From a virus (taxonomy: Duplodnaviria > Caudoviricetes): a DNA stretch of 64,000 nt. The stretch spans positions 2,074 through 66,073 of the IMG/VR virus record IMGVR_UViG_3300018429_000003; one strand, given 5' to 3'. The notes under the pieces are model-generated. The model made no database searches, was not told the DNA's origin, and worked only from the letters and a program-made list of their open reading frames with translations. Positions 35,727 to 45,422 of this stretch are shown here, in pieces (the stretch's first letter is position 1; each line of letters opens with the position of its first letter). Both the position numbers and the translations under genes were made by a program.

Positions 35727-38700
35727 TGAGTTGGTTTCGTTCATTGCTGAGGGTTACCGTACCGGCGCTGCTGTTGATTTGCGGCTGGCCAATTACTGCG
35801 CATGCTGATCCAAGTTTCGGAATAGGGACTGGAATCCTTATCTCCATGGCCATCTCAGCTGCGACGGCCGGGGCAAGCATGCTCCTGACGCGCATCCTCA
35901 CTCCGAAGCCAAAGGGTCAGGTCAAAGGAAAGATGCAGGGCGAGATTCGCTTATCGGACTCGACCTGGGACGTTGCCAAGAATGAAATCTTTGGGTTTCG
36001 TTTTGCCGATGGCATCGGTGGTGTCGAAGTCGGGGTCAACTTTATCTGGCTGAACAAGGAAGGCATTAGGGAGCATCGAACAGTGGTTCAGGCCTCGAGT
36101 AGCGGCGGTGGCGGTGGTAAAGGACCGCCTAAGCCGCCTCCGGAGACTCGGATTACTTACGACTGTGATTGCGCGTTCCTGGTGGGCAAGGGTCCGCTCC
36201 GGATCCTGCGCATGAAATTCAACGAGGATATCGTTTACAACGTGCCCCCCTCAGGAGCGCCAGGTACAGGTCAAATCACCGGCATTCACGATCCGACTTA
36301 CCCCCCGGAGGTTCCTTATGACCACTATCTCCCACCGAACCCGTACACGGCAGATACCAGCCCCAGACTGCGCCACGATGATGCGATTGTGGTTGACCCG
36401 GTTGATAACTCCGTGGGTGTAACGATCGTCGGCGGTGCTTATGCCGATATTCAGATCTACGAAGGCAACGAAGATCAAGAGCCGGACCCGGTAATCCAGA
36501 CCGACGTTGACAGTATCTACGGCGCCAACTCAACGCCGGCGTATTTGAATGACTGCTACGTGCGGCTCAGCGGGTTGAACATCACGAAGTACAACGGCTT
36601 TCCGAATATCGTTGTGCTGGCTGAAAACGTTGAACTGCAGACCATCGAAGAGATTGTTGTGCACCGAACTGTGCGGTCGGGTTTATTAACCAGCGACCTT
36701 GATATGTCTGCGCTGAGCACTACGCCATGCCGGGGTTATGCAATCACGACACAGCAGGCGGCGAAGAAAGACCTCGAAGACTTTGCCATCATGTTCAACT
36801 TCGACTTTGTTGAGACTCCGGACGGCACACTACAGGCCGTTGATCTATCGAGTCGCACACTCACAGCGACGCTAACGGATGCGGATCTCGGAGCCTATGT
36901 GAAGGATGGCCAGTCGAAAGCTCCTATCGATGCCGTGGTTACCAAAATTCCAGATGAGTCGGAGATGTGGAAGACCGTTCGCGTTCAGTTCTTCAATCCC
37001 CTGATGGAGTTTCAGGTCGACGCCAAACAGCAGACCTATCCCTTTACGACCTCACAGCGGAATGAGTCGATCGAGTTGATGGCCACGTTACTCCCACAAG
37101 AGGCCGACTTGATTGCGTTGCGCATCCTGCAGATGCACTGGGCCGGGGCGTTTCCTCACGAGTTCTCTATCTCCGATCAATGGATCTGGCTTTATCCCAC
37201 TAATAGAATCCTGATGCCAATTTCGGGCGAGGTTCGCGCGGTGCGATTAAGCGAAGTGCAGGGCATTTCGCCGGGAGTGTTGCGTTGCTCTGCTTACCCT
37301 GATGAGCTGGTTGTCTTTGCGGCTGCTAACTTGAATCCAGTTCCGCCCTCAAACAACGTCGCGGTTCCGGCTAATACCGTCGCCACCTTCCTCGATATCC
37401 CGTGGCTGCATCCGCAAGCGGTACCCGGGATCTACATTGCAGCAACGCCCAAGGACATTGATTCAGGCTATTGGCCGGGCGCGACCGCTTACCGATTCAA
37501 GGACGCCGATGAGCAGCAGATGACCACCTTCGTTGCCCCGGCGACGATGGGGCGCACGACTAACGCGCTGGCAGACGTTCCCGCTTCGTGGTCCGGTAAT
37601 CGAAACAACTTTGTAAAGCGATTCTATGCTGGAGCCGCAGCTGGTGGCGGCGGGGGAACTGGCGCACTCAATCGCATGCCCGACACCGTAAGTGAATTGG
37701 AGCCGTGGGCAGAGAGATTGCGAGGCTCAGATCCGTTGCTGGTAGCGCGCAACCTTGGACGGGCCTTGTTTCTGTCACAGGAGTACATGAATCGCCTTAG
37801 CCTGTCGAGTGGAGGAACATCGATAACGCGAACTAACCTCGTTGGCGTAATCGAATCTGGCGGTAATGCTGTCAAGACCGCTTCGTCTGGGTGGAGCAAT
37901 GGCGGCTTTTCCAGTGTTGAGACTCTTGTTGGTGACGGGTATATCGAGTGGGTGGCAATAGGATCTATTTCCGATCACTTGATGGTTGGACTGTCAACAA
38001 CTGATGCTGATGCCGATTTCGCTACTATCGGTTTTGCGATTTACCAGGGCGGCAGTAGCTTGGTTATTTACGAAGGCGGCTCCAGCGTGGGGACTTTTGG
38101 GACCTACACGACCTCGACGATGTTTCGCATGGAGCGCGTCGGGTCAACTCTCTCGTACTACAAAGATGGAGGTTTATTAAGGTCGACCACGATTACGACG
38201 GCTGACCTGATCGTAGACTGCGCAATCAATACCAGTGGCGGCACCGTTGGACCGATTACGCTTTCAACCGGCAGTCCGGTTTACGTCCCGCGCACGAACC
38301 TCGAGTTTGTAACCGATTTATATTCTGCTTATTTGAATCGAGATCCTGACGATGCTCCTGATGTTGACATGTCCGGCCGTGACTTTTGGGTTGGCGAACT
38401 GGATGGAGGCGACACGCGCGACCATGTAATCCTGGCATTCGAAGTCTCCCCGGAATTTGAAGCGCGAGTACAAGCGGCCGCTGCAACTTTCTTCGATACG
38501 ACGTCGACAGTGACCATTGACCTGTTCGGTCAGGGCGAGCCCACGTCGTTGACTGATGACCAGGCGCGCGCAGGTTTAGGCGTTTGGGTGTTTGGTAATG
38601 AGGCTGTCATTCCCTGCGTCTGGACTCGCGACATGTCGGCTGCAAATCGATGGACTGGCACGCGGATGATTCGAAGGCTAAAGAATACTGATGCTGCCAG

Positions 38701-39736
38701 CGGGACTCATGTAGCGTTTGAGCGGTGCGTGCTAATGAACTCAGCAGTCCGGTTCGTCGAGCTTGACGAGTCAGAGCAAGGCATCACACGGATTTGGAGA
38801 GTGATTACGACGGGCGCGAGGCTGCAGGATGGCGCCGATATAGAGGTCACATGGAACGGCAAGAGTATTCCTCCCGATCCGCTCCTGGATCCGCATGTGC
38901 CGGGGCTGGGTGATGTAGCCACAATTACAAAAGATGAAGCTTCGCCGAGCTGGATCATCTACACACCCAAGCCGGCAATCTATGGCGCCACGATTACCGA
39001 CCTTGAGTTGTGGCAGTACAGCGACTCCGGTGGTACAACGCTGATTCGCAGCCATATAGGCAACCTCAGCGGTCGGTCAGTACTGGCTCAGACAGTCGCT
39101 GATGCCTACTTTCGTTATCGATGGCGCAACAAGTCTCTGGAGGATATTGGCTCAGGCCGCGGATGGTCAGAGTTATCTGGTGTCTCATCAGTAGCTGCTG
39201 GCACTGGCAGCGGAACGCCTCCACCAGATGACGGGCCAACGGTTCCGCCTCCAATTGATCCGACTGATGGCGGCGCTGGTGGCGGACCAGGCGGCTGCTT
39301 TGTCGCCGGTACGATGCTCAGGAGACCTGACGGCATTCAGGCGATTGAAACCTTTGAAGCCGATTCGCCGATCATGGTTTGGGACTTCGCGTTAGGCCAG
39401 CTCGTAGCTTCAGAAGTAGAGCGTGTTGAGGTCCATGAAAGAAAGCTCACGCGCGAGCTCGTAACCGGAGACGGACGTACCGCAAGACTCAGCGATGAGC
39501 AACCTATTCATACTGGCGCAGGCAACTTTACTCGATCAGATAGATTGCTGGTTGCGAGAAGTATTGAGGCTGTGAATGACAGCGGAGAGCTAGTTACCGA
39601 CCGGGTAGACTCGCTGGATACTGCCGCCTACGCCACCGTGCACCATCTGCATGTGAAGCATCCCGACCATAACTATGTGCTCGAAAACGGCATCATCGCT
39701 CACAACATCAAGCGTCCCGTGATGCTTCCACCCTAA
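35723..39736 (+). CDS. Tail tip/host-specificity protein (GTA megatron-like) with inserted DUF4214-like and ConA-like domains and a C-terminal Hint domain
   Basis: IYEGNEDQEPDP..TPAY; FLDIP..PGIYIAA...WPGA; YSAYLNRDPD...GRDFW...AFEVSPEF; CFVAGT...IIAHN. Confidence 0.85.
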   Translation: MMSWFRSLLRVTVPALLLICGWPITAHADPSFGIGTGILISMAISAATAGASMLLTRILTPKPKGQVKGKMQGEIRLSDSTWDVAKNEIFGFRFADGIGGVEVGVNFIWLNKEGIREHRTVVQASSSGGGGGKGPPKPPPETRITYDCDCAFLVGKGPLRILRMKFNEDIVYNVPPSGAPGTGQITGIHDPTYPPEVPYDHYLPPNPYTADTSPRLRHDDAIVVDPVDNSVGVTIVGGAYADIQIYEGNEDQEPDPVIQTDVDSIYGANSTPAYLNDCYVRLSGLNITKYNGFPNIVVLAENVELQTIEEIVVHRTVRSGLLTSDLDMSALSTTPCRGYAITTQQAAKKDLEDFAIMFNFDFVETPDGTLQAVDLSSRTLTATLTDADLGAYVKDGQSKAPIDAVVTKIPDESEMWKTVRVQFFNPLMEFQVDAKQQTYPFTTSQRNESIELMATLLPQEADLIALRILQMHWAGAFPHEFSISDQWIWLYPTNRILMPISGEVRAVRLSEVQGISPGVLRCSAYPDELVVFAAANLNPVPPSNNVAVPANTVATFLDIPWLHPQAVPGIYIAATPKDIDSGYWPGATAYRFKDADEQQMTTFVAPATMGRTTNALADVPASWSGNRNNFVKRFYAGAAAGGGGGTGALNRMPDTVSELEPWAERLRGSDPLLVARNLGRALFLSQEYMNRLSLSSGGTSITRTNLVGVIESGGNAVKTASSGWSNGGFSSVETLVGDGYIEWVAIGSISDHLMVGLSTTDADADFATIGFAIYQGGSSLVIYEGGSSVGTFGTYTTSTMFRMERVGSTLSYYKDGGLLRSTTITTADLIVDCAINTSGGTVGPITLSTGSPVYVPRTNLEFVTDLYSAYLNRDPDDAPDVDMSGRDFWVGELDGGDTRDHVILAFEVSPEFEARVQAAAATFFDTTSTVTIDLFGQGEPTSLTDDQARAGLGVWVFGNEAVIPCVWTRDMSAANRWTGTRMIRRLKNTDAASGTHVAFERCVLMNSAVRFVELDESEQGITRIWRVITTGARLQDGADIEVTWNGKSIPPDPLLDPHVPGLGDVATITKDEASPSWIIYTPKPAIYGATITDLELWQYSDSGGTTLIRSHIGNLSGRSVLAQTVADAYFRYRWRNKSLEDIGSGRGWSELSGVSSVAAGTGSGTPPPDDGPTVPPPIDPTDGGAGGGPGGCFVAGTMLRRPDGIQAIETFEADSPIMVWDFALGQLVASEVERVEVHERKLTRELVTGDGRTARLSDEQPIHTGAGNFTRSDRLLVARSIEAVNDSGELVTDRVDSLDTAAYATVHHLHVKHPDHNYVLENGIIAHNIKRPVMLPP

Positions 39737-39758
39737 AAATAAAGGACTTATATTAAAC

Positions 39759-40253
39759 TTAACTTCCCTGTCTCAAAGTGAACCTCTCAACCTGTGTTGA
39801 GTAGGGCAGCATCAAGGGGTGTCGCGGTGTGCCGTCGCCGTTACGTCCGAAGCAGTACAGATCCGGAATCTCTCTCTCGATTGCTTCGCAACGTCCGACA
39901 AAATAGTTTCCGTTTTTACCCCACGCGGCGATAACTTTCGTCGGCTTGAATTGCCGAATGTATTGCAGCAAGTGCTCAACACTGTTCTCTGGGCCAACAG
40001 GATCAATGGCTTTGCGGCATTTCCGGGGATCTGTTTCACGGTAGGCCGCTACATTCAACTTTAGTATCCCGCCAAATCCAAGACGGGAGGCAAACCCAAT
40101 GTCCTTGAGGATGGTTTGATCGTTCGTTCGCCAGTCCGCTGTCGATGGATTTACGCCGATGATCGCGAGCAACGGCAACCGGGAATCCCAAACACGAATC
40201 AACCAATAGCGATACTTGCCGTCCTCAGAAATGTAGGCGTCACTTATTTGCAT
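39759..40253 (-). CDS. DUF1643-family protein
   Basis: AYISEDGKYRYWL.RVW...IGVNPSTAD...D.TI...AAWG...GTPRHPL. Confidence 0.9.
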   Translation of the reverse strand: MQISDAYISEDGKYRYWLIRVWDSRLPLLAIIGVNPSTADWRTNDQTILKDIGFASRLGFGGILKLNVAAYRETDPRKCRKAIDPVGPENSVEHLLQYIRQFKPTKVIAAWGKNGNYFVGRCEAIEREIPDLYCFGRNGDGTPRHPLMLPYSTQVERFTLRQGS

Positions 40254-40936
40254 GGTTCAATTTGACTTGGGGTAGTTAAGTATATAAGTCCCAAAATAAA
40301 GGTTTCAAGATATTCAGTTTCATGCAGCCCAACCCCCTCATCGGGTGACTTTGCGGGAAGCGCCGAGACGGACGCAGATTCAGGCTTGGAGGCGGACGGA
40401 AAAATCTCACGATAGCGAACCTCACAACGATTTTGATCAGGAAAGCGATCAGGCTCTAACGCTTCCTGAAATCCCGCGTTCCATCCCGCTTCAAACATTT
40501 TCCGGTTGTTGTCGGGTGAGTTTGCGGTTGTCGCGGAAGCCGTCTCGGTGTCTTGAATGATCGGGGACAATTCGGGCCTGTTATCTTCGTTTCGCAGGTT
40601 GGCCAGCGCGCAGTCCTGATGAGGGTTCCATCCGAGCGCGTGACAGATATCGCACGAGTACGTGGAACCGTGTGCGGTGATGTCAGAGATAAACGTCCAC
40701 AGCGGCGAACCTTTCCACTTTGCCTTTTTGCCAAATCGAGAGTGCAGGATGATCAACATCCTACGTGGCAACGCTTCCAGAGTTCTTGCTACCTCACTCG
40801 AATTGTCTTTTTCCATCGCTACCGGGGCCACAGGAGGGGTATATCCTCCTAAACTTTGATCCTGATCTGCTTTCCCTTCAGTAAGGACGGAAATGGCTGT
40901 GTATTTTGATTCGTTCATTTCTGCTCCTGTTTCCAT
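40244..40936 (-). CDS. Hypothetical protein
   Basis: 230-aa ORF in the leftward operon. Confidence 0.5.
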   Translation of the reverse strand: METGAEMNESKYTAISVLTEGKADQDQSLGGYTPPVAPVAMEKDNSSEVARTLEALPRRMLIILHSRFGKKAKWKGSPLWTFISDITAHGSTYSCDICHALGWNPHQDCALANLRNEDNRPELSPIIQDTETASATTANSPDNNRKMFEAGWNAGFQEALEPDRFPDQNRCEVRYREIFPSASKPESASVSALPAKSPDEGVGLHETEYLETFILGLIYLTTPSQIEPCK

Positions 40937-41158
40937 TCTCGAACCTTCGCGAGCCAGGAATCTACTATTGCTCTCGCAGCTTGAATTGCTAAACTTTCCA
41001 TTACTTATCCCTTTCGGTGGGGTGGATACAAATCCATCTGTTTATGCGGAACACTACTCCTTTACCCTGTCATCACGGTTGTACCCGCTTCGCGGTGCTA
41101 GTGCGCTCTCTCCATATCTTTCGCATCTCAGGATCGCGGTAGTCGAATGATTCGCTTT

Positions 41159-41536
41159 TTAGTTTTCCGCAAGAATAAACACTTCCTCAGTAACTTCGGC
41201 GTGTGGGTGATTCTTGGCTATTTCGTTAGCGCAAGGCTTGTCTACGTTGCCGCACCAGTACGATCCGACAGCGATGTGGCAGGTTGCCGCCTCTCCGCAG
41301 GTAGCGCCACTGCGAACGTGCGGGCAGGTGGTCTTGTGCGAGCCGATGAGGCCGCTCATGTGGTTCTTTTTCAGGATGCAGGTCACTGCTTCGCCCTTCA
41401 CTTCAATCCGCTCAATCTCAATCTGGTTCGGTATCCGCGAGCGCATCACGGCAACCTTTACGGCCGTCTCGATCTGCTCGGGCGTCAACGTTAGCTCCGG
41501 GGTTTCGATCTCAATGGTTAGGCTGATTGTGGGCAT
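41159..41536 (-). CDS. Hypothetical Cys-rich protein
   Basis: Coupled to the upstream ORF; Cys/His cluster. Confidence 0.55.
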   Translation of the reverse strand: MPTISLTIEIETPELTLTPEQIETAVKVAVMRSRIPNQIEIERIEVKGEAVTCILKKNHMSGLIGSHKTTCPHVRSGATCGEAATCHIAVGSYWCGNVDKPCANEIAKNHPHAEVTEEVFILAEN

Positions 41537-42006
41537 TAGGAATCATCCTTGTTGTCGCTGACGATTTCCGGCCACCCGAACTTGCCCTCATGCTTTTGCA
41601 TCATTGTTAATATCGGCTTCATTAAGACATCGAACTGCTCGTTGAGTTTTATGAACTCCGACGCTAAGAAGCCATCCGGGTCGGGGTTAATCTTCTTCTC
41701 TCCCGGCTTTCTCACCATCCGGTTCCAGTAGTTGGCGTCGATAAAGTTGAACGCGATATTCAGCCGAATAGCAACGTTATCTCGCAACAGTCGTCCTCTC
41801 GACACCTCAAGTGGTCGGCCGAGTTTAACGAGACATTCAGAGCAGGTAACTTCGTCGTGGAGCCATTCAGACATCACGACATATTCCAAGTCTTGGTCGA
41901 TGGAATGCGGCGGTTCAAAACACAGCGCGCCAACTTCCCCGCATGGCCCAATCAGACCTTTGTGAGTGATCCTTATCTCCGGTGGCACTATCACGCAGCC
42001 TTCCAT
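41536..42006 (-). CDS. Hypothetical protein
   Basis: GGAG SD; VTCSEC motif. Confidence 0.55.
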   Translation of the reverse strand: MEGCVIVPPEIRITHKGLIGPCGEVGALCFEPPHSIDQDLEYVVMSEWLHDEVTCSECLVKLGRPLEVSRGRLLRDNVAIRLNIAFNFIDANYWNRMVRKPGEKKINPDPDGFLASEFIKLNEQFDVLMKPILTMMQKHEGKFGWPEIVSDNKDDS

Positions 42007-42275
42007 TCTCCGACCGTACGGGCTTCAATTCGCGCAAACTTGAGCGGCCCCTCTAACCTGATGCGTGCGGTTTTTTGCTTGAAGGTTTCGCCGCCGCAAT
42101 CGCAGTGATAGCCGGTACAACAAACTCGGTCGTCGGCTTCGAAGCCGAGCAGCTTCCAAGGTTCATCGCTCGTAAGCAGTCCGTACCGCACTCTCGCCCC
42201 TTTCTCTCCGGCGTAGCGTCTGACTTGCTGAACGCCGCCCTCGCGCTGCCAGATAACTCGATATTCAAACGCCAT
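41991..42275 (-). CDS. Hypothetical protein
   Basis: Likely start MAFEYRVIWQRE, overlapping the upstream stop; CC...CDC. Confidence 0.5.
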   Translation of the reverse strand: MAFEYRVIWQREGGVQQVRRYAGEKGARVRYGLLTSDEPWKLLGFEADDRVCCTGYHCDCGGETFKQKTARIRLEGPLKFARIEARTVGEWKAA

Positions 42276-42628
42276 CACGCGGCCCTCGATTGCTTCTTTA
42301 AGTTGATTTCCATCTGCCGAAGTACTGCGTAAACATGCGAACACATCCTGCCTGTCTTCGGCTTCTCGGGATTGCCAGGTACGAAGTCTGCGTTCGCCTC
42401 GCAGATATCGCCGGTAAATCGATCTGCACATTCAGCGGTGCGGTTATCCAGGTCGATGACGACAATGCGCTTTGTCTTGTTGTGGTGGTCGAACTCGGCG
42501 CCGTAGGGCGTTACTCTGTAGACGAGCTTGTTTGTTGTGCTCGCTGATGTGCGAACCGCCCACATGTTTTTTGCCCGTCCGCGAATCCAGGCAGAAGGCT
42601 CCCCTGATATGCTTTCTAAGTGGATCAT
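42275..42628 (-). CDS. SWIM-like Zn-finger protein
   Basis: AEC.......ICEA...RMCSHVYAV. Confidence 0.55.
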   Translation of the reverse strand: MIHLESISGEPSAWIRGRAKNMWAVRTSASTTNKLVYRVTPYGAEFDHHNKTKRIVVIDLDNRTAECADRFTGDICEANADFVPGNPEKPKTGRMCSHVYAVLRQMEINLKKQSRAA

Positions 42629-42630
42629 TT

Positions 42631-42816
42631 TTACCTTCTTTCTCCATGCTTCTCAGGCTTCGCACACTTGGCCCAACTCGGCACCGATTCACGGATGTAC
42701 TGATTGCAGTGTTCGCAGCGTTCCCATCGCTTGGCCCACAGGAGCGCGTCTCTCCTGGCTATCACTAGCTGTTCCGGGCTCATATCCTTGGAGGTAGTCA
42801 GGCGGTAATCCATCAC
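42631..42816 (-). CDS. Small Zn-finger-like protein
   Basis: GGAGG SD; CEHC...C...H. Confidence 0.5.
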   Translation of the reverse strand: MMDYRLTTSKDMSPEQLVIARRDALLWAKRWERCEHCNQYIRESVPSWAKCAKPEKHGERR

Positions 42817-43259
42817 GCCTCCTTCGTATCTACGGCGACCACCCCGTTGCGCTCGTCAATTTCCCTTAGCCGCGCTTCGTGGTTCGCGATAATCCGATCT
42901 GCCTCAGTCTTGAACTTGGCGGCGTATTCGCTCGCGAGTTCCTCGGCGATTCGTTTCCCTTCCTGCTCAAGGTAGGCAATGGTTTCCGGTGCGGTCCCAT
43001 AGCCCTCAGCGCAGCAACCGGGGCACGTTTCCTTCACGGGCCGTCCTTCGCCGTTGTCGTTCCCGGTCGCAGCAAGCCAGCGCTGTGAGCACGCCGAGCA
43101 ATCCCTCGCTCTGCATCCAGTGCTGTCGTGGTTCAGCCCGCAGTGTCCGCACATGTCGTAACTGGAGAGTGCCCATTGATCACGTGCGGAAAGGTTGATG
43201 TATTGGGTGGCCATTTTGGACAAATCCTCGTAGTGGTCGTAAAGCAGGAGGTAGCTCAT
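42813..43259 (-). CDS. Cys-rich hypothetical protein
   Basis: Likely start MSYLLLYD; several CxxC motifs. Confidence 0.5.
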   Translation of the reverse strand: MSYLLLYDHYEDLSKMATQYINLSARDQWALSSYDMCGHCGLNHDSTGCRARDCSACSQRWLAATGNDNGEGRPVKETCPGCCAEGYGTAPETIAYLEQEGKRIAEELASEYAAKFKTEADRIIANHEARLREIDERNGVVAVDTKEA

Positions 43260-43266
43260 ATCAGCT

Positions 43267-43998
43267 CTAGGAAGTGCCGCTGCCGGCCCTTTCCCTTTGG
43301 CTCTTTTCAATGGCCTGAGTAAATCGAATCGCCTCACGGTAATCGTTACCATTGCGGCGTTGTTTTCGCGCTGCATAGCTCCACGCCATGGAGTCGGCAG
43401 AATGTAAGAGGTGTCGTATGGTTCCGTTTGCCAGAGCTGTAGATTTCAGCCCAAAGCCATGCAGCCGAAGGTCGGGTCTGAGCGTTTTTACCGAAGAGAG
43501 GACCGCAAGAATCGCTCCGATGTCGGCGTTCCGTTTGCAGACCGAGCCCACTCCTACCCAAGCGCCAATTGGAAACCGCTCTCCGTACATCTGGACATGC
43601 CTTGCATAGTCAAGCGGTTCATAGCCTTGCAGGACCGGCAGGATGTAGGTATCGGTCTTCTCGGTTATTAGATCATCGTATTCACGAATCGTGAGACGCT
43701 GATGCTGTTCGACTGTCATCCCGGTTCTGGCCAGCATTGGCGCCTCGCACATGTAATCGCGGCTCACGGCGGCAACGAGATTTCCGTTACCTCTCCAGCG
43801 ATTCACTTCACGGGCGAAGTCCGATGTGGGCTTTGGATAGCCGCCGTGCTTTTCGATTGTGGTGAAACCTGCGCAATCCATAATCCAATCCCTTACCTCG
43901 AACGGTCCCTTGCGATCGCAAATCCGATTGACAGAGATAAAGCACCGCTCAAAATGCTTAGCGTCTGACGGCTGGTGGAGTCCCACATAGAAATCCAA
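43267..43998 (-). CDS. tRNA-guanine-transglycosylase-like (DpdA-like) protein
   Basis: WIMDCAGF, RDYMCE, LPVLQG, VGVGSVC, LHGFGLK and SADSMAWS motifs of phage TGT-fold proteins. Confidence 0.75.
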   Translation of the reverse strand: MDFYVGLHQPSDAKHFERCFISVNRICDRKGPFEVRDWIMDCAGFTTIEKHGGYPKPTSDFAREVNRWRGNGNLVAAVSRDYMCEAPMLARTGMTVEQHQRLTIREYDDLITEKTDTYILPVLQGYEPLDYARHVQMYGERFPIGAWVGVGSVCKRNADIGAILAVLSSVKTLRPDLRLHGFGLKSTALANGTIRHLLHSADSMAWSYAARKQRRNGNDYREAIRFTQAIEKSQRERAGSGTS

Positions 43999-44001
43999 GC
44001 T

Positions 44002-44283
44002 TTACACAGCCCTTTCTTCCATCGTTATCAAGTGGTCTGTTTTCGCGAGAATCGCTTGCAACCGCGCCTCTTCCTCATCAAACAGCGGTCTCGCGTAAAG
44101 CACTCGCACCCGAGTCTCATCGAAGGGGTAGCCCTTGGTCTTAAATCGGCCGCTCGCCTCTTTCACCGCTTGCTGTTCGCTCTCCGCAACGACCGTGACC
44201 TCGTAGCGCTTCTCGCTGGGACGAAAAGGCGGCTGAAACTCTCGAATCGTGACCTCGATGCTGAATTCTGTTTTGGTTGACAT
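44002..44283 (-). CDS. Hypothetical protein, first gene of the leftward early operon
   Basis: AGGAG SD. Confidence 0.65.
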   Translation of the reverse strand: MSTKTEFSIEVTIREFQPPFRPSEKRYEVTVVAESEQQAVKEASGRFKTKGYPFDETRVRVLYARPLFDEEEARLQAILAKTDHLITMEERAV

Positions 44284-44328
44284 TGCGTCTCCTGATTGGT
44301 CTTGCTTTTCGGCTTTGGTTGCAGTAAA

Positions 44329-44372
44329 GTTGCAACGCTTGCAATGTTAACAAAGTTAGCGACACAACGCAA
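44329..44372 (-). promoter_or_regulatory. Leftward early promoter with operator (OL-like)
   Basis: TTGCGT-N17-TAACAT; the 17-mer GCTTGCAATGTTAACAA (44337-44353) is identical to 46690-46706. Confidence 0.75.
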
Positions 44373-44416
44373 GCATTATTTTTCAGGCGGGAAAGACGGG
44401 GTTAGGAGGGGCTTGT

Positions 44417-44941
44417 GTGGAACAGGTAGTTGATGGAAGGCAGGCAGTGCAGTTTACCCTTGGGAAACAGGTGGAAGAATTTGTCTCTGAATGGAAAAGT
44501 CGCAGAGGCGAAATTGTGATTGAGATTGACGCTCGCGGTGTGGGCGACCTTATTGCCGACTATTTTGCTCGGCACGGCCTTAAGACTAGGCGTTTGTGTT
44601 CTACCCGGGACTGCCGTTCCTTTATGCATCCCTTTCACGTGGTGCAGGGGAGCAATAGAGGCGTCAGCGAAGAACGAAAGATCCCGACGCAGTTTGTCAG
44701 ACAAAAGAGCCCGTTCCGGCTCTCGACAAAGCCGGGCGTCCGGTACGACAACCGTTTTGTTGATGCAACGACTATTGAGTGGAGCGTGTTTTGCCGTGCA
44801 CGATTCTGGATTATTGAACAGCTCGTCGCTAGGTTTCATCGAAGGGGAACGCTGGCGCGACATCCGTGGCTGATACGCACTCGGCCTAATTTCACTGAGA
44901 CAACGGAAGGGCTTCGGTGGGACACCAATGCTACGAACTAG
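44417..44941 (+). CDS. Hypothetical protein
   Basis: AGGAGG SD before GTG; the opposite-strand ORF reads like a shadow. Confidence 0.45.
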   Translation: MEQVVDGRQAVQFTLGKQVEEFVSEWKSRRGEIVIEIDARGVGDLIADYFARHGLKTRRLCSTRDCRSFMHPFHVVQGSNRGVSEERKIPTQFVRQKSPFRLSTKPGVRYDNRFVDATTIEWSVFCRARFWIIEQLVARFHRRGTLARHPWLIRTRPNFTETTEGLRWDTNATN

Positions 44942-44988
44942 TTACGACTCGTTAACAGCGGAGGCGCGCCGCCAACTAATCCGGTACT

Positions 44989-45414
44989 TTAATTTGAGGG
45001 CATGTCGTTACGTAGCTTTTCGATTTGTCGCATCGCATCCAAAAGCGCCTCTACGTGTTCTAGTGTCAAGAGGACCTGGATCTCATGATCCATTACGTCT
45101 TGAATCTGGAGATCAAGAGCGCCGGACTCGGGGCGTACTATGCACTGAAGGCCGCCAGGCGCGGCGTAAAAGATAGGCGGCGGGGCGTCAAACGATAACA
45201 CGGGCGGGTCCGAGTCCGGCGGAACGTGACGCTTAATCTCCGCTTGATCGTTAAACCGCATTAGCTGAAACGCTAGATTTGTTAATGCCCATCCGGGAAC
45301 AACCAGTGTTAGCTTCTCTCGCTGCGCCGTCTGAAACTCAAGAAGCAGTTCTCCCCCGTCTGAGCGTAACCGAACATCCGAAATACCCTTGATTTTGAAC
45401 TTATGGGCCATCAA
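44989..45414 (-). CDS. Hypothetical protein in the immunity operon
   Basis: GAGG SD; follows the DUF2846-like gene. Confidence 0.6.
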   Translation of the reverse strand: MMAHKFKIKGISDVRLRSDGGELLLEFQTAQREKLTLVVPGWALTNLAFQLMRFNDQAEIKRHVPPDSDPPVLSFDAPPPIFYAAPGGLQCIVRPESGALDLQIQDVMDHEIQVLLTLEHVEALLDAMRQIEKLRNDMPSN

Positions 45415-45422
45415 GTCCTCGT

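Noticed and set aside
13047-39736. Diversity-generating retroelement or invertible fibre cassette
   Set aside because: No reverse transcriptase, invertase or template/variable repeat pair was seen.
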